Source of the DNA: an uncultured Acidobacteriaceae bacterium
GTDB lineage: Bacteria > Acidobacteriota > Terriglobia > Terriglobales > Acidobacteriaceae
NCBI GenBank assembly: GCA_963731405.1
Contig: CAVSVS010000018.1
Coordinates: 14,704 to 78,703 of the forward strand
Direction: 5' to 3'
Length of the DNA stretch: 64,000 nt
Part shown: positions 54,808 to 64,000 of the stretch, in pieces
How the letters are laid out: the number at the start of each line of letters is the position of its first letter
How positions within the stretch are numbered: position 1 is the stretch's first letter
Notes under the pieces: model-generated
What the model was told of the DNA's origin: nothing
Seen by the model: only the letters and a program-made list of their open reading frames with translations
Databases searched by the model: none
Program-made: the position numbers and the translations under genes

Positions 54808-56796
54808 ATGGATTTGCAGGCTAAAATCCGCACCATTCCTACCGAGCCCGGCGTGTATCTGTACAAGAACGCCGAGGGGGAAGTGATTTATGTCGGTAAA
54901 GCAAAAAACCTGCGCAGCCGCGTGGCCAGCTACTTTCACGAAGGGCGGTGGGAAGATGCGAAGACCGGAACGCTAGTTCGTGAGGCGGTGGATGTTGACT
55001 ACATCGTGGTCGCGAACAACAAAGAAGCGCTGGCGCTGGAAAACAATTTAATCAAGCAGCGCAAGCCGCGCTTCAACATCCTGTTGCGGGATGACAAGAC
55101 GTATCCGTACGTGAAGTTGACATTGGGCGAGCGCTGGCCGCGAGTTTACGTGACGCGGCGACTGCGAAAGGATGGTAGCGCTTACTACGGACCATACTTC
55201 CCTGCCAATCTGGCCTACCGAATTGTTGATTTGATCCACCGGAATTTTCTGATTCCTTCGTGCAAGGTGGATTTGACGAGGTTCCATCCGCGACCGTGTT
55301 TGCAGTACTACATCAAGCGATGCCTGGGGCCGTGCGTGCAGGGGTTGACCACGCCTGAGGCCTATCAGGAGGCCGTGCGGGACGTGAAGTTGTTTCTGGA
55401 AGGGCGGCCGACGGATTTGAGCCGGTCTCTGCATGCCCGCATGGAGCACGCCGCGGCGGAGCAGGAGTACGAGCGGGCAGCACGGTATCGGGATTTGATT
55501 TCGACGGTGGAGCAGTTGCAGGAGCGGCAACGGATCGCAGCGGCTGAGGGAGATGACGCCGACGTGTTCGGGTATCACTTCGAGAACGGGATGCTGGCGG
55601 TGAATTTGTTTCACATGCGCGGCGGCAAGATGGTGGACCGGCGCGAGTTTTTCTGGGAAGAGTTGCCGGAGTTTGCCTCCGATGCCGTAAACATCTCGGA
55701 CGATGTGGCGACGGCCGCCATCGGCCGTCCGGAGGATCAAGGCTCCCCGCCGCATCGGGATAACAGCATGAAAACGCTTGGCGACGCGAACAGCCAAGCT
55801 TCGCTCGCCACCGAGGGTCGCGAGCGGCCGTCTCCACACGAGCAATTTCATCCCGGAGAGTTTTTTTCGGCGCTGCTGAAGCAGCTTTATATTGGCCAAC
55901 CCTATGTGCCGCGGAATCTCTACGTACCGGTTGATTTTGAGGATCGCGAGGCGCTGGAAGACTTGCTCTCGGAGCAACACGCGGGCGAGGGAGTTCGCGT
56001 GGCACGCGTACATATTCTTGTACCGCTGCGCGGGGACAAGCGCTCCCTGATCGACTTGGCTGGTAACAATGCGAAGCAGTCGTACGACCAGCGGTTCCGC
56101 GTGTTGAAGCCGAATGCACGGAAGATTCAGGAAGAGTTGCAGGAAGTGCTGAGCTTGCCGGATCTGCCGAAGCGGATTGAGTGTTTCGACATCTCCCACA
56201 TTCAGGGGGCAGAGACGGTTGCCTCAATGGTGGTGTGGGAAGACGGCAAGATGAAGAAATCGGATTACCGCAAGTTCATTATTCGCACGGTCGACGGCGT
56301 GGACGATTTCGCATCGATGCGGGAAGTAGTCACGCGCCGGTATAAGCGTCTTCGGGATGAAGAGAAGCCAATGCCGAGCCTGGTACTGATTGACGGTGGG
56401 CTGGGACAGTTGCACGCGGCAGCGCAGGCATTGGAGGCCTTGGAGATTATTAACCAACCGCTGGCTTCGATCGCGAAGCGTGAGGAGATTTTATATGTGT
56501 ACGGGCAAGAGAAGGATCCGGTCGCGCTGGATCATCATTCTCCGGTGCTCCACCTGATCCAGTTGATTCGCGATGAGGCACATCGGTTTGCAGTGACCTT
56601 TCACCGAAAGCGGCGGCAGATGCGGGACCGCTCTACAGAGCTTCTGGAGATTCCGGGCGTGGGAGCCAGCACCACTCGAAGACTGCTGGAACACTTCGGC
56701 AGCGTGCAGGCCGTGAAACAGGCGGATCCGGCGGCGCTATCGGCGGTGGTGACGCGGACGCAGGCGGAGGCGATCCGGAATCACTTCCGGAGATAG
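54808..56796 (+). CDS. uvrC: Excinuclease ABC subunit C
   Basis: The GIY-YIG motif is PGVYLYKNAEGEVIYVGKAKNLRSRV. It also has a UVR domain, an endonuclease V-like domain and a C-terminal (HhH)2 (IPGVGASTTRRLLEHFGS). Confidence 0.95.
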   Translation: MDLQAKIRTIPTEPGVYLYKNAEGEVIYVGKAKNLRSRVASYFHEGRWEDAKTGTLVREAVDVDYIVVANNKEALALENNLIKQRKPRFNILLRDDKTYPYVKLTLGERWPRVYVTRRLRKDGSAYYGPYFPANLAYRIVDLIHRNFLIPSCKVDLTRFHPRPCLQYYIKRCLGPCVQGLTTPEAYQEAVRDVKLFLEGRPTDLSRSLHARMEHAAAEQEYERAARYRDLISTVEQLQERQRIAAAEGDDADVFGYHFENGMLAVNLFHMRGGKMVDRREFFWEELPEFASDAVNISDDVATAAIGRPEDQGSPPHRDNSMKTLGDANSQASLATEGRERPSPHEQFHPGEFFSALLKQLYIGQPYVPRNLYVPVDFEDREALEDLLSEQHAGEGVRVARVHILVPLRGDKRSLIDLAGNNAKQSYDQRFRVLKPNARKIQEELQEVLSLPDLPKRIECFDISHIQGAETVASMVVWEDGKMKKSDYRKFIIRTVDGVDDFASMREVVTRRYKRLRDEEKPMPSLVLIDGGLGQLHAAAQALEALEIINQPLASIAKREEILYVYGQEKDPVALDHHSPVLHLIQLIRDEAHRFAVTFHRKRRQMRDRSTELLEIPGVGASTTRRLLEHFGSVQAVKQADPAALSAVVTRTQAEAIRNHFRR

Positions 56797-56891
56797 AGCT
56801 TGTGGCTTGGGAAAGCACACCATTGAGCTGGCAAAGAAGTGCGGCGTAGTCGCAGCGAAGACTTGTTGGAAGCTGCGCAGCAGAGGACAGC

Positions 56892-57374
56892 CTATTTGGG
56901 TTGCGGGCTGGCGTTGCCCATGTCGAGCACTACTTTCCAGCTTCCATCTTTTTGCAACTTCCAGATACTCGTGTATTTGCCATAGTCAACAGTCGGCTTG
57001 CCTTCTTTACTCGTGCTGTGGAACTCGAAGGTGCCATAGGTGTAGCCGAGATCAGCCGAAGCGGAGATGTCGGCGCCGACGGGAGTCCAGATGAGGCGAT
57101 TGTTCTTGTCGTCGAGGAAGCCCATGCCTTTGGCGATCTCCGCTTTGCCCTGAATTAGCGGCGCGCCGTTCGGAACCTCGACGGAATCGTCGGCGTAGTA
57201 CGACATATATCCCTGCGACCCTCTGTCGGCGGCGGTTTTCATCAATTCGGCTTCGAGTTGCTTCAGGGTTTCGGCGGTGGCTTTCGGGGAGGCTGCCACG
57301 GTAGGCCGCGCGATGGGAAGAATTATTGCTGCCACTGCGAAGGCGACGACTAGAGCGAGTGGAAAAGATTTCAT
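56892..57374 (-). CDS. SnoaL-like/DUF4440 (NTF2 fold) protein, secreted
   Basis: 160 aa with a signal peptide. The C-terminal GKYTSIWKLQKDGSWKVVLDMGN is typical of DUF4440. Confidence 0.75.
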   Translation of the reverse strand: MKSFPLALVVAFAVAAIILPIARPTVAASPKATAETLKQLEAELMKTAADRGSQGYMSYYADDSVEVPNGAPLIQGKAEIAKGMGFLDDKNNRLIWTPVGADISASADLGYTYGTFEFHSTSKEGKPTVDYGKYTSIWKLQKDGSWKVVLDMGNASPQPK

Positions 57375-57526
57375 AGTGCCCTCCGAAGAATGCGCGCCGT
57401 CATTCTACCCCTCGCGTCCATCCAATCAAACAGACTTAGTACCGCCAGGATCGCGGGGAACGATCGTAGAGGAACCCGAGAAGATCGTTGCGGTCAAACG
57501 AGTTTGCTAAACTGGCGGCCATCGAT

Positions 57527-58591
57527 ATGAACCCTATCTTCGTCAGCCTAGTCTTTATTCTCCTGTCCCTGCAGGCGATTTTCTCCCAGACCTCCAACCT
57601 TGCCGACATGGCCACCGCGCAGGAGAAGCATCTGCGCAACGTGCACCAGTTGACGTTTGGAGGACAAAACGCGGAGGCCTATTTCTCAGCGGATAGCAAG
57701 AAGCTGATTTATCAGTCCTCGCATGGCGATGTGAAATGCGATCAGATCTTCGAGATGAATGTCGACGGCACGGACCAGCACATGGTTTCGACCGGCAAGG
57801 GACGCACGACGTGTAGCTTCTTTTATCCCGATGGGAAGAAGATTCTTTACGCGTCGACGCACCTGGCAAGCCCAGAGTGTCCGCCCCGGCCTGACTTCTC
57901 GAAAGGCTATGTGTGGGCGGTGTATTCGGGATACGACATCTTCACGGCGAATCCGGATGGATCGAATCTCAAGCAGCTGACGAAAACTCCGGGCTACGAC
58001 GCCGAGGCTACGATTTCGCTCGACGGTAAGAAAATTGTGTTTACCTCAATGCGGAACGGCGATCTTGATATCTATTCGATGGACGCCGACGGATCTCACG
58101 TCAAGCAACTGACTCACGAACTCGGCTACGACGGCGGACCAACGTTTTCACCGGACCGAAAGTCAATTGTCTTCCGGGCGTACCATCCTCAAACAGAGAA
58201 GGACATTTCGGATTATCGAGGGTTGCTGGGACAGAATCTGATTCGTCCGACATCCCTGGAAATCTGGACAATGAAGGCTGATGGGAGTATCAAAAAACAG
58301 ATTACGAGCCTGGGGGCAGCGAGTTTCGGTCCGGCGTATACGGCGGATGGGAAGCGCATTATCTTTTCGTCGAATTACGATCCGGAGACGCACGCTACCG
58401 GGGGCATGGGAAACTTCGAGCTGTGGTTAATCAATCCCGACGGCAGCGGACTGGAGCGCGTGACCTACAGCGATGGCTTTGACGGCTTCCCGATGTTCTC
58501 GCCGGATGGAAAAAAGCTGGTGTGGGCTTCCAACCGCAACGCCAAGGCTCCGCACGAGACCAACATCTTTATTGGGGATTGGGTGCCCTAG
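57527..58591 (+). CDS. TolB-like PD40 (WD40-like) beta-propeller protein, secreted
   Basis: It has repeated PD40 units (FSADSKKLIY, YPDGKKILY, SLDGKKIVF, FSPDRKSIVF, YTADGKRIIF, FSPDGKKLVW). Confidence 0.85.
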   Translation: MNPIFVSLVFILLSLQAIFSQTSNLADMATAQEKHLRNVHQLTFGGQNAEAYFSADSKKLIYQSSHGDVKCDQIFEMNVDGTDQHMVSTGKGRTTCSFFYPDGKKILYASTHLASPECPPRPDFSKGYVWAVYSGYDIFTANPDGSNLKQLTKTPGYDAEATISLDGKKIVFTSMRNGDLDIYSMDADGSHVKQLTHELGYDGGPTFSPDRKSIVFRAYHPQTEKDISDYRGLLGQNLIRPTSLEIWTMKADGSIKKQITSLGAASFGPAYTADGKRIIFSSNYDPETHATGGMGNFELWLINPDGSGLERVTYSDGFDGFPMFSPDGKKLVWASNRNAKAPHETNIFIGDWVP

Positions 58592-58613
58592 GCGCGGTCC
58601 GGTGGGCGGCTTT

Positions 58614-59165
58614 TCAGGATTCGGAATCGCTAACGCGGATCCGAGTCGCCAGCCATGCAACGCACGCCAGCATGCCGCACCAGCCTAACAGCCGTACGAC
58701 GGCCGCGATCTGGGTGTCGTGATTGAGAACGCCGAGGTTGGAGAATATCCTGAAGAAATCATGCTCTACGAAATCCGGGTCGCCGGTCGTTACCAACGGC
58801 AACACCTGGGCGCGCGCGTCCGCCATGTAAGTCGCGGTGTAGAGCCAATTCTCGAAGAAGAAGAACAGACAGAAGACAAAGCCTGACGTCTGGCGCTCCG
58901 TGAAAAAGTAGGCAGCCAGCAAAAATGGGACCAACCACTGAAGTAACGTGCCCCCCCACAGGCCGAGCGTAGGTCCGAACCAGCCGAACAGGTTGTGTCC
59001 GCCTTCGTGCACGATGAGGTTCGCACTGTCGATGAAGAGAAATCCACCGTGTGCTGAAAATGCATAGCCGAGGAACGCGACGTAGAACACTGTCCACGCC
59101 ACCAGCGCCGGGCGAGACACGGGTTTCCATGGTTCTTCGAAAATCGATTGGAGAGATTCCAGCAT
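58614..59165 (-). CDS. Membrane protein with an HEXXH motif (putative zincin-like)
   Basis: It is polytopic. The sequence LIVHEGGHNLFGWFG contains HEGGH. ATG 59163-59165 is preferred over TTG 59192. Confidence 0.65.
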   Translation of the reverse strand: MLESLQSIFEEPWKPVSRPALVAWTVFYVAFLGYAFSAHGGFLFIDSANLIVHEGGHNLFGWFGPTLGLWGGTLLQWLVPFLLAAYFFTERQTSGFVFCLFFFFENWLYTATYMADARAQVLPLVTTGDPDFVEHDFFRIFSNLGVLNHDTQIAAVVRLLGWCGMLACVAWLATRIRVSDSES

Positions 59166-59323
59166 TTGCACCTGCAGTGATTTTAGGGACAACGGTCAAT
59201 GCCGTGGAGATTACGAACGGGAATAGCGACGTCGACTGCAGGGTGAATCCAGCGGCCTTCCCAGGAAGGACTACGACTTGTGGCCGTCGCGTGAAGAGTC
59301 GTTTCTTGTTACAGTGATCTGAC

Positions 59324-61231
59324 ATGCCAGCCGAGAAGCAGCAATCTGCATCTCGACGAACGGATTTCGAAATGGCGATGAAAGCTCGGCAGTGGATAAC
59401 CGCGAGTGTGCTGCTTCTGCTAGTGGCTGCGGCCATCGTGGGGATCGTGTGGACACGAGAGCCTGCGGCCGTGAGCGAGGACACGCCCACCACGACCAAC
59501 AAGACATTGTTGGGACGGAAAAAAGGTTCTACGCAGCGTCCATTGGTGGACCAGCGACCGCTGCAGACGGCCAAGCGAATGACGGCCCTGGCGAGCACCC
59601 CGGAAGAGCAGACGCTGGCGCATGAAGCCGAGAAAGTCGGCGATCACGAAGTCGACTTGGCGTTCTTTGATGCGCTGCGGACGGCCGAAGAAAATCCTCC
59701 AGCACTCTCGCCGGAATCCAAACAAATTGCGCAGCGCAAGGACAAGGCCGCGCAGGCGGTGAAAGAGGATCAGGAGGGGATCGCTGTCCTGACGCGCAAA
59801 CTGGCGGCTGCGCCGGAAGCACAGAAGGATAACCTGCAGGATCAGATCGATGTCGCCAAAGCGCAGATGGATCTGGATCAGGACGAGTTGGACGATGCGG
59901 CCGAAGATTTAGAGCAAGCTGGCGGCGATCCGCAAGCCAAGATCAAGCGCCTGAAGGCGGAGCATGATGCTTCTGATCAGGCGCCCAGAGCGGCGGCTGG
60001 GTCGAACGTCAACCCGTACGAACAGGATTACCAGGCCCGCACATTCCTGAACGTTTTCCGGGCGTGGAATGCGCTGCGCGAAAAGAAATCGCAACTGCAG
60101 GCGGCACAAGAGGAAGCGACTACCAAACAACAGCGCCTGGCGGTACGCCATACCACGCTGCAGGCGAAGGTCGACAAGGAGATCGAGAGCCGGGAGGCGG
60201 CCAAGCAGCAGGCGAAGGGATTTGCCAAGGGCAACGCCGCGGCGAACCGCGAGGACTCCAAGGCGGCGGCAACGGCAGCACTCGATTCCCTGAAGCAGTT
60301 TACGCGCGATCAGAAAAATCTGGCGGACCTCGGGAGGCGACTGCAGGATCAGCAGTCGCTCAGCGACATTTATTCCAACTGGATTGTGCTAGTAGAGAAT
60401 CGCGAACGAGCCGCCCTGCACCGCATGATTGAGTCGATGCTGTGGATACTGCTGGTTCTGGTGGCCGTGTACGTGGCGAACCGGCTGATTGAGCAGCTGT
60501 TCCAAGGAATGAAGACGGAGAACAAGCGCATCGACACGCTGCGGGCGGTGGCAAAATTTGCGGCGCAGGCGATTGGCGTGGTCCTGATCGCGTTCTTGAT
60601 TTTCGGCATGCCGAATCAGACGACCACCGTGCTCGGCTTGGCAGGCGCCGGGCTGACGGTTGCGATGAAGGATTTCATCGTCGGATTTTTTGGATGGTTC
60701 GTCCTGATGGGTCGGAATGGCCTGCGCGTCGGCGATTGGGTCGAGATCAACGGCGTGACAGGGGAAGTGATTGAAGTGGGACTGCTGAAAACGGTGCTGC
60801 TGGAAACCGGCAACTGGACCGACGCCGGACATCCTACGGGTCGCAGGGTTTCGTTCGTGAATACGTTTGCGATCGAGGGGCACTTTTTCAACTTCACGAC
60901 TTCGGGGCAGTGGATGTGGGACGAGGTGGAACTGGCAATTCCGAACGATCAGGATCCATACGCCATCATCGACGCGCTGCAGAAGGTGGTTGAGAAAGAG
61001 ACGGAGGAGAATGCGCGCAAGGCAGAGGCGGAGTGGTCGCATTCGACGACACGTTACCGGGTGCAATCGCTGTCGGCCAAACCGTCGATCAATGTGCGTC
61101 CGACCGGATCGAGTATTGAAGTGAGCGTGCGTTATATTACGCGCGCTTATGAACGGCATGAGACTCGCAAGAGGCTGTACGCCGAGGTCCTGGAGTTACT
61201 GCGGGGCAAGCGCGTACCGGTAAAGGTGTAG
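59324..61231 (+). CDS. Mechanosensitive ion channel (MscS family) with a long N-terminal coiled-coil region
   Basis: The MscS core is GLAGAGLTVAMKDFIVGFFGWFVLMGRNGLRVGDWVEINGVTGEVIEVGLLKTVL. It is preceded by about 330 aa that are rich in Gln, Ala, Glu and Lys. Confidence 0.85.
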   Translation: MPAEKQQSASRRTDFEMAMKARQWITASVLLLLVAAAIVGIVWTREPAAVSEDTPTTTNKTLLGRKKGSTQRPLVDQRPLQTAKRMTALASTPEEQTLAHEAEKVGDHEVDLAFFDALRTAEENPPALSPESKQIAQRKDKAAQAVKEDQEGIAVLTRKLAAAPEAQKDNLQDQIDVAKAQMDLDQDELDDAAEDLEQAGGDPQAKIKRLKAEHDASDQAPRAAAGSNVNPYEQDYQARTFLNVFRAWNALREKKSQLQAAQEEATTKQQRLAVRHTTLQAKVDKEIESREAAKQQAKGFAKGNAAANREDSKAAATAALDSLKQFTRDQKNLADLGRRLQDQQSLSDIYSNWIVLVENRERAALHRMIESMLWILLVLVAVYVANRLIEQLFQGMKTENKRIDTLRAVAKFAAQAIGVVLIAFLIFGMPNQTTTVLGLAGAGLTVAMKDFIVGFFGWFVLMGRNGLRVGDWVEINGVTGEVIEVGLLKTVLLETGNWTDAGHPTGRRVSFVNTFAIEGHFFNFTTSGQWMWDEVELAIPNDQDPYAIIDALQKVVEKETEENARKAEAEWSHSTTRYRVQSLSAKPSINVRPTGSSIEVSVRYITRAYERHETRKRLYAEVLELLRGKRVPVKV

Positions 61232-61295
61232 AAGTTTCGAGTTTAGCCTTTCGCGCTTCGTTTGAGCCTTCTGCTTTGGCTGTCCCTCCAACCTT

Positions 61296-62057
61296 ATGGC
61301 GAGCATTGAACAACTGGGAACGCTGATCGTGACTGGGGGAAGTCGTGGGATTGGCGCGGCGGTATCTACCCTTGCTGGGAAGCGCGGATACGCGGTGGTA
61401 GTGAATTTCTCTAGCGGCGCGAGCGAGGCCACAGAAGTCGTCAAAGGAATCGTTGCGGGCGGCGGGCGTGCGATTGCAATTCACGGCGACGTCTCGCAGG
61501 AAGATCACATCGTGCGGATGTTTGAGACCGCTGAGCGCGAGTTGGGTCCGATCAAGGGGCTAGTGAATAACGCTGGAATCACCGGCGGGTTTGCGCGCGT
61601 GGAAGAAGTGTCGAGTACGGCGATCGATCAAGTTTTCGCGGTCAACATCCGGGGATCCATCTTGTGCGCGCGGGAGGCAGTGCGCCGGATGTCGACGCGG
61701 CGTGGCGGGTCCGGCGGAGCGATTGTGAATATTTCTTCCCGCGCGGCGCACACCGGCGCAGCGGGTGAATGGGTTCACTACGCGGCCTCGAAGGGCGCGA
61801 TTGACAGCTTCACGATTGGATTGGCTCGGGAAGTGGCGACGGAAGGGATTCGGGTGAACGCCGTGGCGCCCGGATTGGTGGAGACTGGAATTCATGCTGC
61901 GAGCGGCGAACCTGGGCGACTGCAACGAATGATGGGAACCATCCCGATGGGACGAGCGGGGCTGCCCCATGAAGTGGCGGAGGGAGTGTTGTGGCTCTTG
62001 TCTCCTGCGGCGTCGTATACAACGGGAGCGATTCTGCCGATTGGCGGCGGGCGGTAA
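61296..62057 (+). CDS. SDR family oxidoreductase
   Basis: The motifs are TGGSRGIGAAV, NNAG and the active-site YAASKGAI. Confidence 0.9.
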   Translation: MASIEQLGTLIVTGGSRGIGAAVSTLAGKRGYAVVVNFSSGASEATEVVKGIVAGGGRAIAIHGDVSQEDHIVRMFETAERELGPIKGLVNNAGITGGFARVEEVSSTAIDQVFAVNIRGSILCAREAVRRMSTRRGGSGGAIVNISSRAAHTGAAGEWVHYAASKGAIDSFTIGLAREVATEGIRVNAVAPGLVETGIHAASGEPGRLQRMMGTIPMGRAGLPHEVAEGVLWLLSPAASYTTGAILPIGGGR

Positions 62058-62066
62058 GTAAGGGCA

Positions 62067-62119
62067 TCAGTACTCAGTAGTCAGTAGTCAGTTCTCAGTT
62101 CTCAGTTGTCAGTTGTCAG
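62067..62119. repeat. Heptanucleotide tandem repeat (TCAGTNN, about 7.5 copies)
   Basis: The units are TCAGTAC TCAGTAG TCAGTAG TCAGTTC TCAGTTC TCAGTTG TCAGTTG TCAG. The array fills almost the entire 65-nt spacer between two convergent genes. Confidence 0.85.
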
Positions 62120-62122
62120 AAG

Positions 62123-62953
62123 CTAGATTCTCTTCTTTTCCCTGTCTAAATCCCTACGCAAATATGTTTTGATTTTTTCGGGCAGGCGCGAGTTATGAAG
62201 GATATCGCGCAGTTGTGCGGGCGGGAGTTGCTTGGCGAATTCCAAGGCGCGCGCCAGCGGGGTGTATTCGTTGCGCAAGAGTGCCATTCGAATTTCCGGT
62301 CGCAGCGACCACTTGGCGTGGTGGCAGATGGCCTTGACGAAAGCGGGAGTCGCCGTCGGTCGCAAGAGGGCCTTCACGATGGCGTTCTCCGTAACGCGAG
62401 GATTTTCAAGTGCGGTCTGCCAGACACGCGCTTCCTTATCGAGCAGCAAAGCGGAGGCCACCATTGCGGAAGAGCGCCGCGCCAAAGCGAGGCGCTCACC
62501 CAGAGTGATCGAAGCGAGGCGAGCCATCAGAAGTTCATCGGCTACGCGTTTCAGATCGGCAGCGACCGCGGGGATCAGTGAGAACTGCATGAGATCGAAC
62601 GTATAGAGTTCGCGGATGAGACGCAGCGCGATGCGACGTGGAGTACGAGGATGGGCCGCAAGGGCAACACGCAGCTTGCGCGATTTCATCGCCGCCCCAT
62701 TGCGGGCAATTTGTTCGATGACCTCCGAGGAGAGGTCCCGGTCTTTCACGATCGCGAGCGCAAGGTCTGCCGTGAGAGATGCGTCGTCAGCCGGACGTGT
62801 TAGCGCCGCCTCATTGGCCGTGGATTCCAACGGCACATATGACTTGGTCGAGTTCTCGGTTTCCGAATTCATGCTGCTGGCGAATCTGGATGACATTCGA
62901 AATCTGAGTTCCGGGACATCCGAGCAAGAACTAAAATCAGCCGCCTCCGACAT
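62123..62953 (-). CDS. Hypothetical protein with alpha-helical (HEAT/ARM-like) repeats
   Basis: 276 aa with recurring helical units (LRVALAAHPRTP, VWQTALENPRVT, IRMALLRNEYTP). It starts 6 nt downstream of the upstream gene's stop on the minus strand. Confidence 0.65.
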   Translation of the reverse strand: MSEAADFSSCSDVPELRFRMSSRFASSMNSETENSTKSYVPLESTANEAALTRPADDASLTADLALAIVKDRDLSSEVIEQIARNGAAMKSRKLRVALAAHPRTPRRIALRLIRELYTFDLMQFSLIPAVAADLKRVADELLMARLASITLGERLALARRSSAMVASALLLDKEARVWQTALENPRVTENAIVKALLRPTATPAFVKAICHHAKWSLRPEIRMALLRNEYTPLARALEFAKQLPPAQLRDILHNSRLPEKIKTYLRRDLDREKKRI

Positions 62954-62959
62954 TAGTCT

Positions 62960-63898
62960 CTAGTCTCTGTTCGATGCGGCCCGACGCGCCATCCGGAGAG
63001 CTCCTTCAACCGGCTCCACGACTTCCAGATTAAGTTCGCCGCTAGGCTTCATGGCGGCAAGCTCATTGTAAAAAACCTGGCGCACGAGCGGCGCGTGACG
63101 AAAGACGCCTCCGGTCATGGCCACCGGGACGACGGCATTGCGATCCTTGCCGAAGAGGTGGTGGATGACAACTGCGGCTACAGCAGCGAGTTCCCTGCCC
63201 GCGCGGGTGAGAACATGGGTCGCCAGTTCGTCCTCGCTAGCGGCTACCGCTGGAAAGAGACGGGCGAAATCCGGGGGAGGAATCGAATTGGCGGCGCGAG
63301 CAAGATCGTCGAGCGACCTGACTCCCCATGCCTTCAGAAGAGCCGTGGCTAGCGGCGAGCCGCTCGGCGCGTGGTTCGAAGGAGTCGCGGCGCGAGGATC
63401 GGCGGCACGTAACACAGCATTGACCGCCGTGCGGCCAATCCAGTGAGCCGAGCCCTCGTCGCCAATGGCGAATCCCCAGCCTCCAGCGCGAACCGTGATT
63501 CCCTGCTCGTCGCGGCCGTAGGCAATGGAGCCGGTGCCAGCGATGACAATCACGCCGGGGCCGGTGTCGAAAGCGGCTTCCAGCGCGATTTGCATGTCAC
63601 CAACCACGTCGATGGGCGTGGTCAGGATTTCGGCGAGAGCGCTGCGGACGAATTCCGCTAGTTCCGGGCGAGCGGCCCCGGAGCCTCCGACACAGGTGCG
63701 GGAAACCTGCGCCGCAGTAATGCCCGCCGCAGCACATGCCTGACGCACTGACCGCAGAAGCGATTCGCGGGCTTGCGCCTCTCCGACGCGGACAATATTG
63801 CTGGGTCCGGCGGTTGCCGTCGCCAGCGTACGGGCTTCGTCGCCCACTGCACAGGTGGTCTTCGTGCCACCGCCGTCGATGCCGAGATAGTAGGACAA
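62960..63898 (-). CDS. BadF/BadG/BcrA/BcrD-type ATPase (N-acetylglucosamine kinase-like)
   Basis: It contains YLGIDGGGTKTTCAV, IAGTGSIAYG and GWGFAIGDEGSA. The start is TTG at 63896-63898. Confidence 0.85.
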   Translation of the reverse strand: MSYYLGIDGGGTKTTCAVGDEARTLATATAGPSNIVRVGEAQARESLLRSVRQACAAAGITAAQVSRTCVGGSGAARPELAEFVRSALAEILTTPIDVVGDMQIALEAAFDTGPGVIVIAGTGSIAYGRDEQGITVRAGGWGFAIGDEGSAHWIGRTAVNAVLRAADPRAATPSNHAPSGSPLATALLKAWGVRSLDDLARAANSIPPPDFARLFPAVAASEDELATHVLTRAGRELAAVAAVVIHHLFGKDRNAVVPVAMTGGVFRHAPLVRQVFYNELAAMKPSGELNLEVVEPVEGALRMARRAASNRD

Positions 63899-64000
63899 GG
63901 AATATTTCTAACACAGAGCCGCGACCCGTTACGTCACTTGTAAAGGTTCGTCACCGGGGACCCCAGAGTCTCACTCGCGGAAAGATAGGATTGCTTCCAT

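Noticed and set aside
55048-56227. Two long minus-strand ORFs (383 aa and 304 aa)
   Set aside because: They are antisense to uvrC. Their composition is Arg/Pro/Leu/His-rich, and they have no motifs.
60389-61159. 256-aa minus-strand ORF
   Set aside because: It is antisense to the MscS channel gene. It is His/Arg/Pro-rich.
62067-62119. Considered a CRISPR array
   Set aside because: The repeat unit is only 7 nt with no spacers, and no cas genes are present. It is a microsatellite-like tandem repeat.
63934-64000. Possible 3' end of a minus-strand CDS entering from the right edge (…WKQSYLSASETLGSPVTNLYK, stop at 63934-63936)
   Set aside because: Only 22 codons are visible. A second frame is also open from the edge to a stop at 63951-63953, so I cannot tell which, if either, is coding.
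1-64000. Scanned intergenic regions for tRNA T-loop motifs, rRNA, tmRNA, SRP RNA and RNase P signatures, and for transposase, integrase or phage genes
   Set aside because: I recognised none by eye. A covariance-model search (tRNAscan-SE, cmscan) would be needed to exclude them formally.

Overview
This 64-kb window looks like ordinary bacterial chromosome. I count about 60 protein-coding genes. I found no rRNA, tRNA, CRISPR array, transposase, integrase or phage genes. The gene content suggests a soil Acidobacteriota-like genome, but that is inference only. It rests on many secreted beta-propeller, TPR, DinB and amidohydrolase proteins, Tat-signal oxidoreductases, tandem MacB-type permeases, and several families of short intergenic repeats. 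Housekeeping anchors are ftsY, ribD-ribE, ybaK, mobA, pilD and uvrC. One large gene is missing from the supplied ORF track because it runs off the left edge: complement(1..2845) encodes a secreted copper-radical-oxidase-like protein with FN3 and tandem Ig-like repeats. I do not see a convincing, coherent novel multi-gene system. The best leads are modest: (1) the edge-truncated oxidase fusion; (2) a methyltransferase pseudogene with an in-frame TAG and a +1 frameshift; (3) a pilD-linked sensor with a His-less DHp-like segment and no ATPase domain; (4) tandem MacB-type permeases with no ATPase, behind a perfect 14-bp palindrome; (5) a kinase-less TPR protein paired with a leaderless 6-blade propeller; (6) an 865-nt stretch with no credible CDS; (7) heptanucleotide tandem repeats and two ~80-nt repeat families in intergenic spacers. 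The ORF track uses alternative start codons and the longest possible ORFs, so several starts below were moved to internal ATG/GTG codons with RBS support. Start coordinates remain uncertain.
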